Below are positions 41,278 through 50,189 of a DNA stretch of 64,000 nt, piece after piece. The DNA is taken from NCBI GenBank assembly GCA_041750555.1, contig JBGSZB010000016.1, forward strand, positions 19,725 to 83,724, given 5' to 3'. The position numbers were made by a program, and so were the translations under genes. This stretch comes from Candidatus Dojkabacteria bacterium (lineage in GTDB: Bacteria > Patescibacteriota > Dojkabacteria > J137). The notes beneath the pieces were generated by a model that saw only the letters and a program-made list of their open reading frames with translations, did not search any database and was not told the DNA's origin. Within the stretch, counting starts at the first letter, position 1. Each line of letters begins with the position of its first letter.

Positions 41278-41829
41278 ATGTATCCATATATAATTTTAAA
41301 GATAGAAAACTATATACCACATTTATACTTAAGAACTTCAGAAACTTTAGAAACTCAAATTGAAGACGAAGATATTAGTTTATTAGATACCGTATTAGAA
41401 TTAGGAGAAAAATTAAACTTGAGTGATTCTAACTTAGATTCTAAATCTCAATATAACTATCTCATAAATTTAGCTAGAGAACATGATGAGACATATGCAA
41501 CAAGTAATAGTGATATTGATAATACAACTTTTTTTAGATTGAAAGAGTATTTAGATAGATTTTTAGAAGAGAATAAAGTAGAGCCCCTATACCTTGATGT
41601 AGAAGTTAGTGATGAAATTAGAGATCAATTAAATAGAGAACAAGGTGCAGATTTATTAGCTAGTATATTAGACTATATCTATACAATATTAATAGCTAAA
41701 AGCGTTATAGCTGCATCCGAAATGGGAATAGGTGTTATACATTTAAATGATGAAACTAAAAACAGTAGACTTCAAGAAAAAATGGCAATGGAGTTAGAAA
41801 AAATTGATGTTGAGTTAATAATAGATTAA
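41278..41829 (+). CDS. Hypothetical protein resembling the C-terminal half of TsaD/Kae1 with catalytic motifs lost
   Basis: DLLASILDYIYTILIAKSVIAA...NSRLQEKM matches the TsaD DIAASFQ..V...L..K...A...NSRLR pattern. Confidence 0.45.
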   Translation: MYPYIILKIENYIPHLYLRTSETLETQIEDEDISLLDTVLELGEKLNLSDSNLDSKSQYNYLINLAREHDETYATSNSDIDNTTFFRLKEYLDRFLEENKVEPLYLDVEVSDEIRDQLNREQGADLLASILDYIYTILIAKSVIAASEMGIGVIHLNDETKNSRLQEKMAMELEKIDVELIID

Positions 41830-42254
41830 TCAGGTTTACTACTATTTAACCATTCAAAAACTTCAGTTAAATTATCTCTATGAGTATTATCAAATACTTT
41901 TAAATCATATTTATGCCTTAAATCAGTTATACCTAATCCATAAGTAACTATTGGTATAAATTTACTAACGATACTTAAGTCTTCTGGCATAACAACAGCA
42001 TAAGCTCCCCAATTAACGTCAAATGGGAATTGTACAAAATTTAAAATAGCAGTTAATGGTGGTGTTTTATCTACAACATATATTATTCTACAGTTCCTAT
42101 CTTTATCTAACCTTTTTAATACACCCTCATCAAACTCTTTTCCTTTCTCTAAAAAAAGTTTAGTATCAGTTGTATTGATTCTTAGGATATGAGCTCCCTT
42201 AAAATCATAGATTATCTCCATCTCTTTTGAATTATCAAAATCAAGTTTAATCAT
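41826..42254 (-). CDS. Hypothetical protein, possibly STAS/SEC14 (SpoIIAA-like) fold
   Basis: Alternating alpha/beta pattern IIYVVD, AYAVVM, LKVFD...EVFEWL. Confidence 0.4.
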   Translation of the reverse strand: MIKLDFDNSKEMEIIYDFKGAHILRINTTDTKLFLEKGKEFDEGVLKRLDKDRNCRIIYVVDKTPPLTAILNFVQFPFDVNWGAYAVVMPEDLSIVSKFIPIVTYGLGITDLRHKYDLKVFDNTHRDNLTEVFEWLNSSKPD

Positions 42255-42961
42255 TAACCATATTTTTCCATAAATATATTACTTACCCCAAGGGATTTTA
42301 AAACAACAGTAGTGTCATTTATCATTTCATTACTACCACATAGATAAAACTCTGTATTATTAATATCAATATTTAAATTAGAGTATTTATTATCTAAAAT
42401 ATCACTAACTACAGTGTTTACCCTACCTTTAAAAGAGTATTCGTTTATGGGGTCTTCTCTAGTTACACATTGAACATATTTAAATTTAGAAGAATCTATA
42501 TCTTTAAAATATATATATGCAATATCTAATTCACTTGTTCTTGTACCAAATAACAGATAAATACTTCCATTAAAACTATTATCATTAATTAACGAATAAA
42601 TCATTGGAATAAATGGAGCTATACCACTTCCTGTTGCTATAAATACTTTATTCTCAACAACATTTTTAATATTAAATATTCCATAAGGCCCTAAAATATT
42701 AATTTCATCATTAATTTTAGTATCTATAAAATACTTAGAAGCTAATCCCATTGGTTTAACATCTATTAAAAGTTTTAATAAATTATCCTTAACTTCTACA
42801 ATTGAATAGGCTCTTGTATATGTTGGATTAAATTTAATTACTACAAATTGTCCAGCCTTATATTCAAAATCAATTGGAACTCTATAGTAAAGTTCATAAG
42901 TTGTTTCATTTATCTGTATCTTTTTTTCTAAAAGGGATTTGAAATTTAATATTTTTAACAT
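42254..42961 (-). CDS. FAD-binding oxidoreductase (ferredoxin-NADP reductase family)
   Basis: AGQFV, RAYSI, GPYG, FIATGSGIAPF, FYLCG, EKYG. Confidence 0.92.
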   Translation of the reverse strand: MLKILNFKSLLEKKIQINETTYELYYRVPIDFEYKAGQFVVIKFNPTYTRAYSIVEVKDNLLKLLIDVKPMGLASKYFIDTKINDEINILGPYGIFNIKNVVENKVFIATGSGIAPFIPMIYSLINDNSFNGSIYLLFGTRTSELDIAYIYFKDIDSSKFKYVQCVTREDPINEYSFKGRVNTVVSDILDNKYSNLNIDINNTEFYLCGSNEMINDTTVVLKSLGVSNIFMEKYG

Positions 42962-43098
42962 AGTTTTGTAATAATTTAATGTTAATGTATAACCTTTGAT
43001 TTACTGATACACTTTAACATATAAATATATTTGGATGTAGAGAATTATTAGAATATAATGCTGTAACTGAACTAAATATTAAATAATAATTAATTAAT

Positions 43099-44067
43099 AT
43101 GAAAAAGAATAATTTAATTAGTGTAATTATTACAGCCTTTAGAGAAGAAGCTACTATTGGAAAAGCTATTGAATGTATAGCAAATCCTGAGTATTCAGGA
43201 ATACCTGATGATTATGAAATAATATTAGCTGCTCCAGATAAAGAAACTCATAATGTAGCAACCCTTAAAGCAAGGGAATTAAATATTGAAGATAAATTAA
43301 TTCATGTTTATGACCCAGGTAAAGCAGAGGGCAAGGGGAAACCAACTGCCTTAAATATGGCCCTAGATATCGCAAAAGGGAGCATTTTAATATTTACTGA
43401 TGGAGATGTACATTTAGGTAAATTTGCCCTTAAAAGGCTTCTTAAACACTTTAGAAATCCTAGTGTAATGTTAGTAACTGGAAGACCAGTATCTAGTGAT
43501 TCTAAGAGTACTTTAATGGGATATTTTGGTAATTTATTAGCTGATGCAGCTCATCATAAAAGAACAATAGATTTAACAGATAACCCAGAAGGTTTAAGTT
43601 TAAAGCTTGTTAGGAAAAGAGCATTCTTTCCAGTTTCTGGATATGTATATGCTATGAGAAAAAATGATATTCGTTTTCCTGAAGATTGTTTAGTTGATGA
43701 TGCATATATCTCATATATGATTTTTAATATGGGGGGTAGAATTGAGTATGAACCAAGAGCTCTAGCATATGTTAAGTATCCAACTAATTTATCTGACTAT
43801 TTTAAACAAAAGAAAAGATCAACTGGTGGATATATGCAGTTATGGGAGTATGGTATTGTTAAAAAAAGTACTAAAACTAGATCATTCTGGAGAGAGTTAG
43901 AGTATGTTTGGTTTCCCCTAAGATACTCTAAAAATATTAAACAATTATTCTTTTCATTCTTAATGTATCCAATTAGATTATGGTTATGGATTCAAATATA
44001 TTGGGAGAGAAAGGTTGTTAAGAAAAACTTTGTTAAAACTTGGGTTAGAGTTGAAAGTACTAAATAG
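43099..44067 (+). CDS. Glycosyltransferase family 2
   Basis: SVIITAFRE, GKPTALN, FTDGD, VDD, QKKR. Confidence 0.9.
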   Translation: MKKNNLISVIITAFREEATIGKAIECIANPEYSGIPDDYEIILAAPDKETHNVATLKARELNIEDKLIHVYDPGKAEGKGKPTALNMALDIAKGSILIFTDGDVHLGKFALKRLLKHFRNPSVMLVTGRPVSSDSKSTLMGYFGNLLADAAHHKRTIDLTDNPEGLSLKLVRKRAFFPVSGYVYAMRKNDIRFPEDCLVDDAYISYMIFNMGGRIEYEPRALAYVKYPTNLSDYFKQKKRSTGGYMQLWEYGIVKKSTKTRSFWRELEYVWFPLRYSKNIKQLFFSFLMYPIRLWLWIQIYWERKVVKKNFVKTWVRVESTK

Positions 44068-44148
44068 CTATACCTAAATTAGAAATTAAATTATCCCCTT
44101 GCCATATTTTCTCTTTGGCTGTTAGAGTAGGTTAGTTAAATTTTCTTT

Positions 44149-44556
44149 ATGTTAAATTTAGATGATACCCAAACACTTCCAGTTATTGAAACTTCGCATG
44201 AACATGATTTGTATGTTGGAACTCCCGATCCTCAAGTATCTCAGAAAAACAAGATTTCAATTAGAAGTTTTCAAATTGGAATGATATATCAAAGAGTTAT
44301 GTCTCCTGAATTTGCATCTGAGTGGAACTCTACTTTATATGGGAGTAGAACATCTGATGATAAATTTAAAGTTACCTACTCTGAATTACATAGGGCATAT
44401 ATCGATTTAAATTTCCACTTAAATAGGGGAGATGTTGCATTTGAAGCTTTTATTGCAGAATTATTAAACCTTAAGTTAATTACAGAGGAGAGATCAAATG
44501 GAGTTACTTTGTTTACTCTTAGTCCATCTGAGTATAATTTTACAGATGAGGGATAA
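44149..44556 (+). CDS. Orphan, possible winged-helix; C-terminus ...TDEG
   Basis: VTYSELHRAY...FEAFIAELLNLKLITEERSNGVTLFTL wHTH-like pattern. Confidence 0.6.
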   Translation: MLNLDDTQTLPVIETSHEHDLYVGTPDPQVSQKNKISIRSFQIGMIYQRVMSPEFASEWNSTLYGSRTSDDKFKVTYSELHRAYIDLNFHLNRGDVAFEAFIAELLNLKLITEERSNGVTLFTLSPSEYNFTDEG

Positions 44557-44609
44557 GTGTTGTATAAAAAATACCATGGGTATATAATCCCGACAATTAT
44601 ACGAATTCA

Positions 44610-45074
44610 ATGACTGATCAGATAAGTGATTTTCTTAAAAGAGTTAAAATAGGTTCACTTTACATAGCTATAGCATATATGTTTGGTGCTCCATATATTA
44701 ATGATATTAACTACTCACCTCAAAACAATTATGGATTACCGATTCAGAGAGATATTACTCCACTGGCTTTAGTTGTAGAAAGTGATACAGCTAATTTACC
44801 ATCTTTTAGAATCCAAAATGCTATTCCACAAACAGGTTCTATCCCCGATGGTTTTATAGATAGCGCATTTTTAAATAAATTAGATGAACTATACAAATCT
44901 CCCAACTTAAGTGAAGAAGATAGAAAGAAATTTTTAGAATTTCTAGAAGTATATATTAATACTCTTGCATACTTAAACAATGCAAATGATACTCATGCAT
45001 ATGAAATTGCTACATTTACAAATAATGTAAAAGGTGAACTTATGGCAATATACTTTAGAAATTCTGAAGCTTAA
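44610..45074 (+). CDS. Orphan hypothetical protein; C-terminus ...NSEA
   Basis: Own promoter TTGTAT-17 nt-TATAAT (44560-44588); no family recognised. Confidence 0.65.
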   Translation: MTDQISDFLKRVKIGSLYIAIAYMFGAPYINDINYSPQNNYGLPIQRDITPLALVVESDTANLPSFRIQNAIPQTGSIPDGFIDSAFLNKLDELYKSPNLSEEDRKKFLEFLEVYINTLAYLNNANDTHAYEIATFTNNVKGELMAIYFRNSEA

Positions 45075-45493
45075 TTAATCTCTAATACTTCAAATCCATT
45101 AACAATATCTCCTATACCTTTATTTAATAACTCCTTACCAATTACTGAACTTACTGTAACTGCATTAGGATATATTCTAGATTTAAATATATCTTCATCT
45201 ACTAATACTAATTCTTTAATATTATTATCCCTTAATAATTTAATTTTAGAACCTATTACTATTACTTCGCTTTTCTTTTTATTCTTTAAAGATTTTATAG
45301 CGTCACTAATCTCTACAATTCTAGCTTCATTTAATCTTTGTTGAGCTACTGCATCATCAAATGGAAAGTTTTCTCTAAATAAATCCCCTATATCAGAAGC
45401 TTTAATTAAATCAGAAGTTATACTATCTCTTAGAATTGTACTTCTATACTTTAATTCATCCTCTAACTTTTTAATATCTTCTATATTATTCAT
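45071..45493 (-). CDS. GreA/GreB-family transcription elongation factor (divergent)
   Basis: GDLFRENFPFDDA (cf. GDLSENAEY), IVIGSKI, SVIGKELL.K.IGD. Confidence 0.75.
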   Translation of the reverse strand: MNNIEDIKKLEDELKYRSTILRDSITSDLIKASDIGDLFRENFPFDDAVAQQRLNEARIVEISDAIKSLKNKKKSEVIVIGSKIKLLRDNNIKELVLVDEDIFKSRIYPNAVTVSSVIGKELLNKGIGDIVNGFEVLEIN

Positions 45494-45546
45494 ATATACT
45501 AATTAAAGGTAAACCTGATTGTATCAAATTATTAATTTTAAAAAAA

Positions 45547-45560
45547 TGTATTGCAATACA
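45547..45560. promoter_or_regulatory. Perfect palindrome TGTATTGCAATACA (copy 3)
   Basis: In the divergent intergenic region between the gre-like gene and the 45634 orphan. Confidence 0.55.
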
Positions 45561-45633
45561 AATTTTTCTATAAGATATTGTTTAAATTAAATATGAGAGG
45601 TATATTCCACAAGTATTTGTTAAATTAAAAAAT

Positions 45634-45900
45634 ATGGACGGAATGAAGGAATCAGAACAAGTGTCAAGTATTATTAATGGTGCTGAATTAGCTGATGCAC
45701 TCTCTAAGAGATATTTAAACACTGAATTATCTGTCATAAGACAAATCCCAAGGGCAACAATTATCGACGCAATAGTAAAATTAAATGGGAATAAAATATC
45801 AGTAGAGTTGGCAAATACATATTTAAGTGAGTTGGAGGATTTACGAGTTATTAGTTTTGACCAAGGATTTCTAAGTGATAGACCTCAATTAGAAGCCTAA
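45634..45900 (+). CDS. Small orphan, possible winged-helix; C-terminus ...QLEA
   Basis: IPRATIIDAI...ISVELANTYLSELEDLRVISF wHTH-like pattern. Confidence 0.6.
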   Translation: MDGMKESEQVSSIINGAELADALSKRYLNTELSVIRQIPRATIIDAIVKLNGNKISVELANTYLSELEDLRVISFDQGFLSDRPQLEA

Positions 45901-46563
45901 TCACCACTCTACAACTGGTATATTATGTAATGTTAAAAACTCATTAGCTTTGCTAAATGGTTTAGAACCAAAAAAACCTCTATCAGCAGAGAATGGAGAG
46001 GGATGAGGTGACTTAATTATTAATTGTTTTGAACTATCAATAAACATTTCCTTCTTTTGTGCATATGCACCCCAAAGAATGAAAACCATATGTTCCTTTT
46101 TATCCGATAGTAACTTAATAACGCTATCTGTAAAAGTTTCCCAACCCTTATTCTGATGAGAACCAGCTAACCCACTTCTTACAGTTAATGTAGCATTTAA
46201 AAGTAATACACCTGATTGAGCCCAATGTGTTAAATCTGGAGTTATTGGTGGAGTAATGCCTAAATCACTTTTTAACTCTTTAAAAATATTTCTTAAAGAT
46301 GGAGGAATTGGATTTCCTGGATTACTAGAGAATGCTAATCCATTAGCAACATTTGGAGTATGATATGGATCTTGACCTAAAATTAAAACTTTAACATCTT
46401 CGAATGAAGTTTCATTTAATGCTCTAAAAATATGTTTACCTAATGGATAAACAGTATTATTCTCATACTCACCTTTAACAAAAGTTACTAACTTTTTAAA
46501 ATACTCTTTATCAAACTCTTCACTTAAATATTTTCTCCATGAATTAGAAATTTTAACTTCCAT
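45901..46563 (-). CDS. ung: Uracil-DNA glycosylase family 1
   Basis: GQDPYH, GLAFS, GVLLLN, HPSPFSA. Confidence 0.97.
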   Translation of the reverse strand: MEVKISNSWRKYLSEEFDKEYFKKLVTFVKGEYENNTVYPLGKHIFRALNETSFEDVKVLILGQDPYHTPNVANGLAFSSNPGNPIPPSLRNIFKELKSDLGITPPITPDLTHWAQSGVLLLNATLTVRSGLAGSHQNKGWETFTDSVIKLLSDKKEHMVFILWGAYAQKKEMFIDSSKQLIIKSPHPSPFSADRGFFGSKPFSKANEFLTLHNIPVVEW

Positions 46564-46954
46564 AAAGTTCTTTTAATGGTTTAAAGTAATATTCTTCCCA
46601 ACCATCCTTAATATCATCAGCATACATTTCAGGAATATTGTTATGAGTTAAAGTTAACTTAGTAACATTATCACCTAAATCTTCAAATTCAATAGTAACT
46701 TCAGAATAAAAATCACTTGGCCAATCCTCATAATCATATCTCCATTTCTGAACAATCTTTAATGGAGGTTCTAATTCCTCTGTTACTCCTGTAATACTAC
46801 CTCCCCATAAACTAAATTCACCTTCTTCTGTGGCATCAACTACTGCTTCATCATTAATTAAATCAGAATGTTTCTCTGCATCCATAAAAGTATCATAAAG
46901 TTCTTGTGGAGTAGTATCTAGCTTAAGGGTTAACAATATATCTTTAGTCTTCAT
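46553..46954 (-). CDS. SRPBCC/AHA1-domain protein
   Basis: GEFSLWGG.I.G, KIVQKWR, GWEEYYF. Confidence 0.88.
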   Translation of the reverse strand: MKTKDILLTLKLDTTPQELYDTFMDAEKHSDLINDEAVVDATEEGEFSLWGGSITGVTEELEPPLKIVQKWRYDYEDWPSDFYSEVTIEFEDLGDNVTKLTLTHNNIPEMYADDIKDGWEEYYFKPLKELYGS

Positions 46955-47915
46955 TTTTTAAGGATAAAATATAAAAGTTGTATTTATCAGATTTAGATTC
47001 ATTTAAAATATTAAAGCCTGTCTTATCTAACATCTCTTTAAAGTAAAGAAATGGTGTTTCTTTACTAAAGTATTCTAATTCATTTTTACCTTTTATTAAA
47101 ACATTCCAAACTTCTTTAATTTCTAAACTCTCTTTAAAGTTAATTAATACTATACCCTTATCTCTAATTATCCTTTTAACTTCCATTAAATACTTATATT
47201 CACTCTCTAAAGGTATAAATTGCCAATAAGAATTAATAATAATTAAATCAAAGCTATTATCTTTAAATGTATTCTTTAATAAATCTTTAACAATTATCTT
47301 TCCCTTAATTAATGTCTTTAAGTCTAAAGTTAACTCCCTAGAGATTTCAATAATATTAAATTTTAATTTATGTTTCTTTTCTACCTCTTTATTTAATTCA
47401 TTAATACCCTCATTAATCTCTTTAAAACTTGGTATTGGCCCTATACTTAATATATTAATATTGTTTGAGTTTAGGGATATTAATGCACTAATTAAATTAG
47501 TTAATGTTTCTTTTGATAATATCCCTATACTTTTATCTAATAAATTGCTCTTTAACTGATCTCTAAACTTTGACATCTTTTTAATTACAAATGAGTATTC
47601 AAAGTTTTTTTTATCAATAGCCTTTTTATTCTCTTCTCTTAATTGTTTTAATTTCCATAAAAACACTCTTCCTTTAAATTCTGATGTTGAGTCAATTGCA
47701 TATGAGTAAGCTCTCTCCATTACTGATCTATCAATATTTTTAGCTAATTTCATATATATTCCTAAATGATCAGGGTCATTTAAATCTTTAGATAACTTAT
47801 ATGCAAATGCTTGAAATTCTTTAGAGGCATGTCGTCTTCCCTTAGACGCTTTTACATCTTCAATGTCTAATATATTAATATTTGTTAGTATTGATTTAGC
47901 TGATACAAATGCCAT
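46944..47915 (-). CDS. Hypothetical protein with C-terminal degenerate class I methyltransferase-like domain
   Basis: FKDNSFDLII...EVKRIIRDKGIVLI; Gly-rich SAM motif not intact. Confidence 0.5.
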   Translation of the reverse strand: MAFVSAKSILTNINILDIEDVKASKGRRHASKEFQAFAYKLSKDLNDPDHLGIYMKLAKNIDRSVMERAYSYAIDSTSEFKGRVFLWKLKQLREENKKAIDKKNFEYSFVIKKMSKFRDQLKSNLLDKSIGILSKETLTNLISALISLNSNNINILSIGPIPSFKEINEGINELNKEVEKKHKLKFNIIEISRELTLDLKTLIKGKIIVKDLLKNTFKDNSFDLIIINSYWQFIPLESEYKYLMEVKRIIRDKGIVLINFKESLEIKEVWNVLIKGKNELEYFSKETPFLYFKEMLDKTGFNILNESKSDKYNFYILSLKNED

Positions 47916-47976
47916 ATGTAATTATACAATTAAGTGTTAACTTAATTCTTACAATAGTTAAATATATATTGAAAGA

Positions 47977-49482
47977 TTAATCTAATTCCTTAGCTAAGTT
48001 ATTAGCCATAGCAGTTAACCTATAGCTACTAAAGAATACAAACAATGTTTTTTTATTCTCCCCTAAATTAACTGTATACTTATCCTTTAAAAGACTAGGT
48101 AACGTTTCTGTTTTAGAAAACATTGCATTAAACCCTAAGTTATTTAATTGTGTAACCATATTTTCTCCATCAATTAATTCACTATTACTAGTTGATAACT
48201 CAGGGATAATTACTAAGTTACTGTAATTAAATGATTCTTTATACATTTTATTAAACAATTCTAAATTAGATGGTCTACTACCACTATTAGGTTCATAAAT
48301 ACCAATAATTTCAAAATCATTAAAATTATCTTTTAATGTTTTTAAACTATTAAAAGCTCTTTCAGGAGTTACTCCAAAGTCATCAATTATTACTAAATTA
48401 CTACTTACCTTTAATTTCTGTAATCTCTTTTTAGGACCTTTAAATGTATTAATACTTGTTTTTAAGAATTCTGAATTATTAATTAATTTTCTATCTAAAC
48501 TAGATTTAAGAGCTGGTACTTCATTAATTAAAATATATGAAGCTAATATATTTTCTAAATTGTAATCTCCCAAAAGTATTGTTTCTGATTCAAATACTAG
48601 TTCTTTAAGAGGATTATATATTTGAAATTTTGTATCTCCATTCTCGTTTTTACTATCTTTAACAATTGTATATATCCCATCAACTAAGTTATTAACATTT
48701 TCTACAAATTTGTATCTTATTACCCTTACTTTATTTATATTACTTTCTAATACCTTTTCAATATTTAAGTCACCATCATGAGCTATTATTAATCCATTGC
48801 TCGGGATAATCTTTACACATTTAGCAAATTCTTCAATGTATCGTTCTTCTGTGGGAAATATATCTTGATGTTCCCAACTAACTTTAGTGATTAATAAATA
48901 TTTAGGTTTGTATTGAAGAAATTTAGCACCTTTAGATAATACTGGGTTATGGTATTCATCACCCTCAAGTACTGACCAATTAGAATCTGTATTTCCTATT
49001 GATTCTTCAAAATCAATAACATCTGCTCCAATCATATAGCTTGGATTTAAATCTAAATCTTTAAGTATTTTTGTAATTAAAGTAGTAGTTGTTGTTTTAC
49101 CTGCTGTTCCAATTACAACAATTGATTCATCTTTAACTAAATAATCGTGTAATATTTCACTAAAAGGCCTAACATCAAGTCCAAGTTTTTTAGCATATAA
49201 ATATTCTTTGTTCTTATCAGTTACTGATTCTACAAGTAGTAACAGGTCTGGGTGATTAGGTATATCAAGAGATTTATTTAACTTCTTTTCCCAAAATTCT
49301 TTATCTAAATGGTAGTAGATATAATCTAAATCAAAAGGGATGTCATTATTTTTAATAATATCACTAGCAGGAGCTATAAATTGTGAATCACTACCTGTAA
49401 CAAACCAACCCATATCTTTAAACATTTTACATACATTTGCAGTTGTTTTACCACTAGCTCCAATTGCATGAAACCATTTCAT
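47977..49482 (-). CDS. Mur ligase (MurC/Mpl family)
   Basis: VTGSD, GTAGKTTTT, EGDEY, EHQDIF, FKGPKKR, IIDDF, YEP. Confidence 0.88.
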   Translation of the reverse strand: MKWFHAIGASGKTTANVCKMFKDMGWFVTGSDSQFIAPASDIIKNNDIPFDLDYIYYHLDKEFWEKKLNKSLDIPNHPDLLLLVESVTDKNKEYLYAKKLGLDVRPFSEILHDYLVKDESIVVIGTAGKTTTTTLITKILKDLDLNPSYMIGADVIDFEESIGNTDSNWSVLEGDEYHNPVLSKGAKFLQYKPKYLLITKVSWEHQDIFPTEERYIEEFAKCVKIIPSNGLIIAHDGDLNIEKVLESNINKVRVIRYKFVENVNNLVDGIYTIVKDSKNENGDTKFQIYNPLKELVFESETILLGDYNLENILASYILINEVPALKSSLDRKLINNSEFLKTSINTFKGPKKRLQKLKVSSNLVIIDDFGVTPERAFNSLKTLKDNFNDFEIIGIYEPNSGSRPSNLELFNKMYKESFNYSNLVIIPELSTSNSELIDGENMVTQLNNLGFNAMFSKTETLPSLLKDKYTVNLGENKKTLFVFFSSYRLTAMANNLAKELD

Positions 49483-49644
49483 ATAACTTAATAATAACTT
49501 GTATAAATATTATCACTTATTTATGTTTTAGAATATAACTATAGAAAAATGGAGATTATTATTTAAAATCTATAACCACTTTTATATCAAATATATATTA
49601 AATCTAAAAAATTATAATACCATAAACACTATTCATAAATTACG

Positions 49645-49698
49645 TTGACTATACTATATCTAGTGTGTATTCTATAAGTTACATACAATTAGTAGTGT
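49645..49698 (+). promoter_or_regulatory. nrdR-nrdJ promoter with tandem NrdR boxes
   Basis: TTGACT-17 nt-TATTCT; ATACTATATCTAGTGT (49651-49666) and ATACAATTAGTAGTGT (49683-49698), starts 32 nt apart; match acaCwAtATaTwGtgt. Confidence 0.85.
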
Positions 49699-49702
49699 TT
49701 TT

Positions 49703-50179
49703 ATGATTTGTCCATACTGTAAAAATAATGATACAAGAGTAATAGATAAAAGAGAAAGTGGAGAATCATCTAGACGTAGAAGAGAGTGTGATAACTGTAA
49801 AAAAAGATTTACAACATATGAAAGAGTAGAGCATGTACTACTAAATGTAATAAAAAGAGATGGGAGAGTAGAAGAGTTTGATAGAGATAAATTAAAAAGA
49901 GGAGTAATGAAAGCAGTTAACAAAAGAGGTATACCGTCTAATATAATAGATGAGATGATATCCGATATTGAGTACTCATTACTAACCTCAGAGAAATCAG
50001 AAGTAAAATCAGTAGATATAGGAGAGATGGTGTTAAAGAGATTAACTAAAATAGATAAACTAGCAAGTTTGTTATTTGCTGCTGTATACAAAGAATTTAA
50101 TTCTTTAGAAGAGGTAGAAAAAGAACTTGAAAGATTATCTAATATTAAAATTAGAGTAAACAAAAATATTAATTCTTAA
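49703..50179 (+). CDS. nrdR: Transcriptional repressor NrdR
   Basis: CPYC...RRRREC..C..RFTTYE zinc ribbon plus ATP-cone. Confidence 0.97.
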   Translation: MICPYCKNNDTRVIDKRESGESSRRRRECDNCKKRFTTYERVEHVLLNVIKRDGRVEEFDRDKLKRGVMKAVNKRGIPSNIIDEMISDIEYSLLTSEKSEVKSVDIGEMVLKRLTKIDKLASLLFAAVYKEFNSLEEVEKELERLSNIKIRVNKNINS

Positions 50180-50189
50180 TAAAAATATT

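Noticed and set aside
45901-45903. Alternative genetic code (UGA=Gly, code 25)
   Set aside because: TGA falls at the expected end of Ung and long genes are uninterrupted under code 11.
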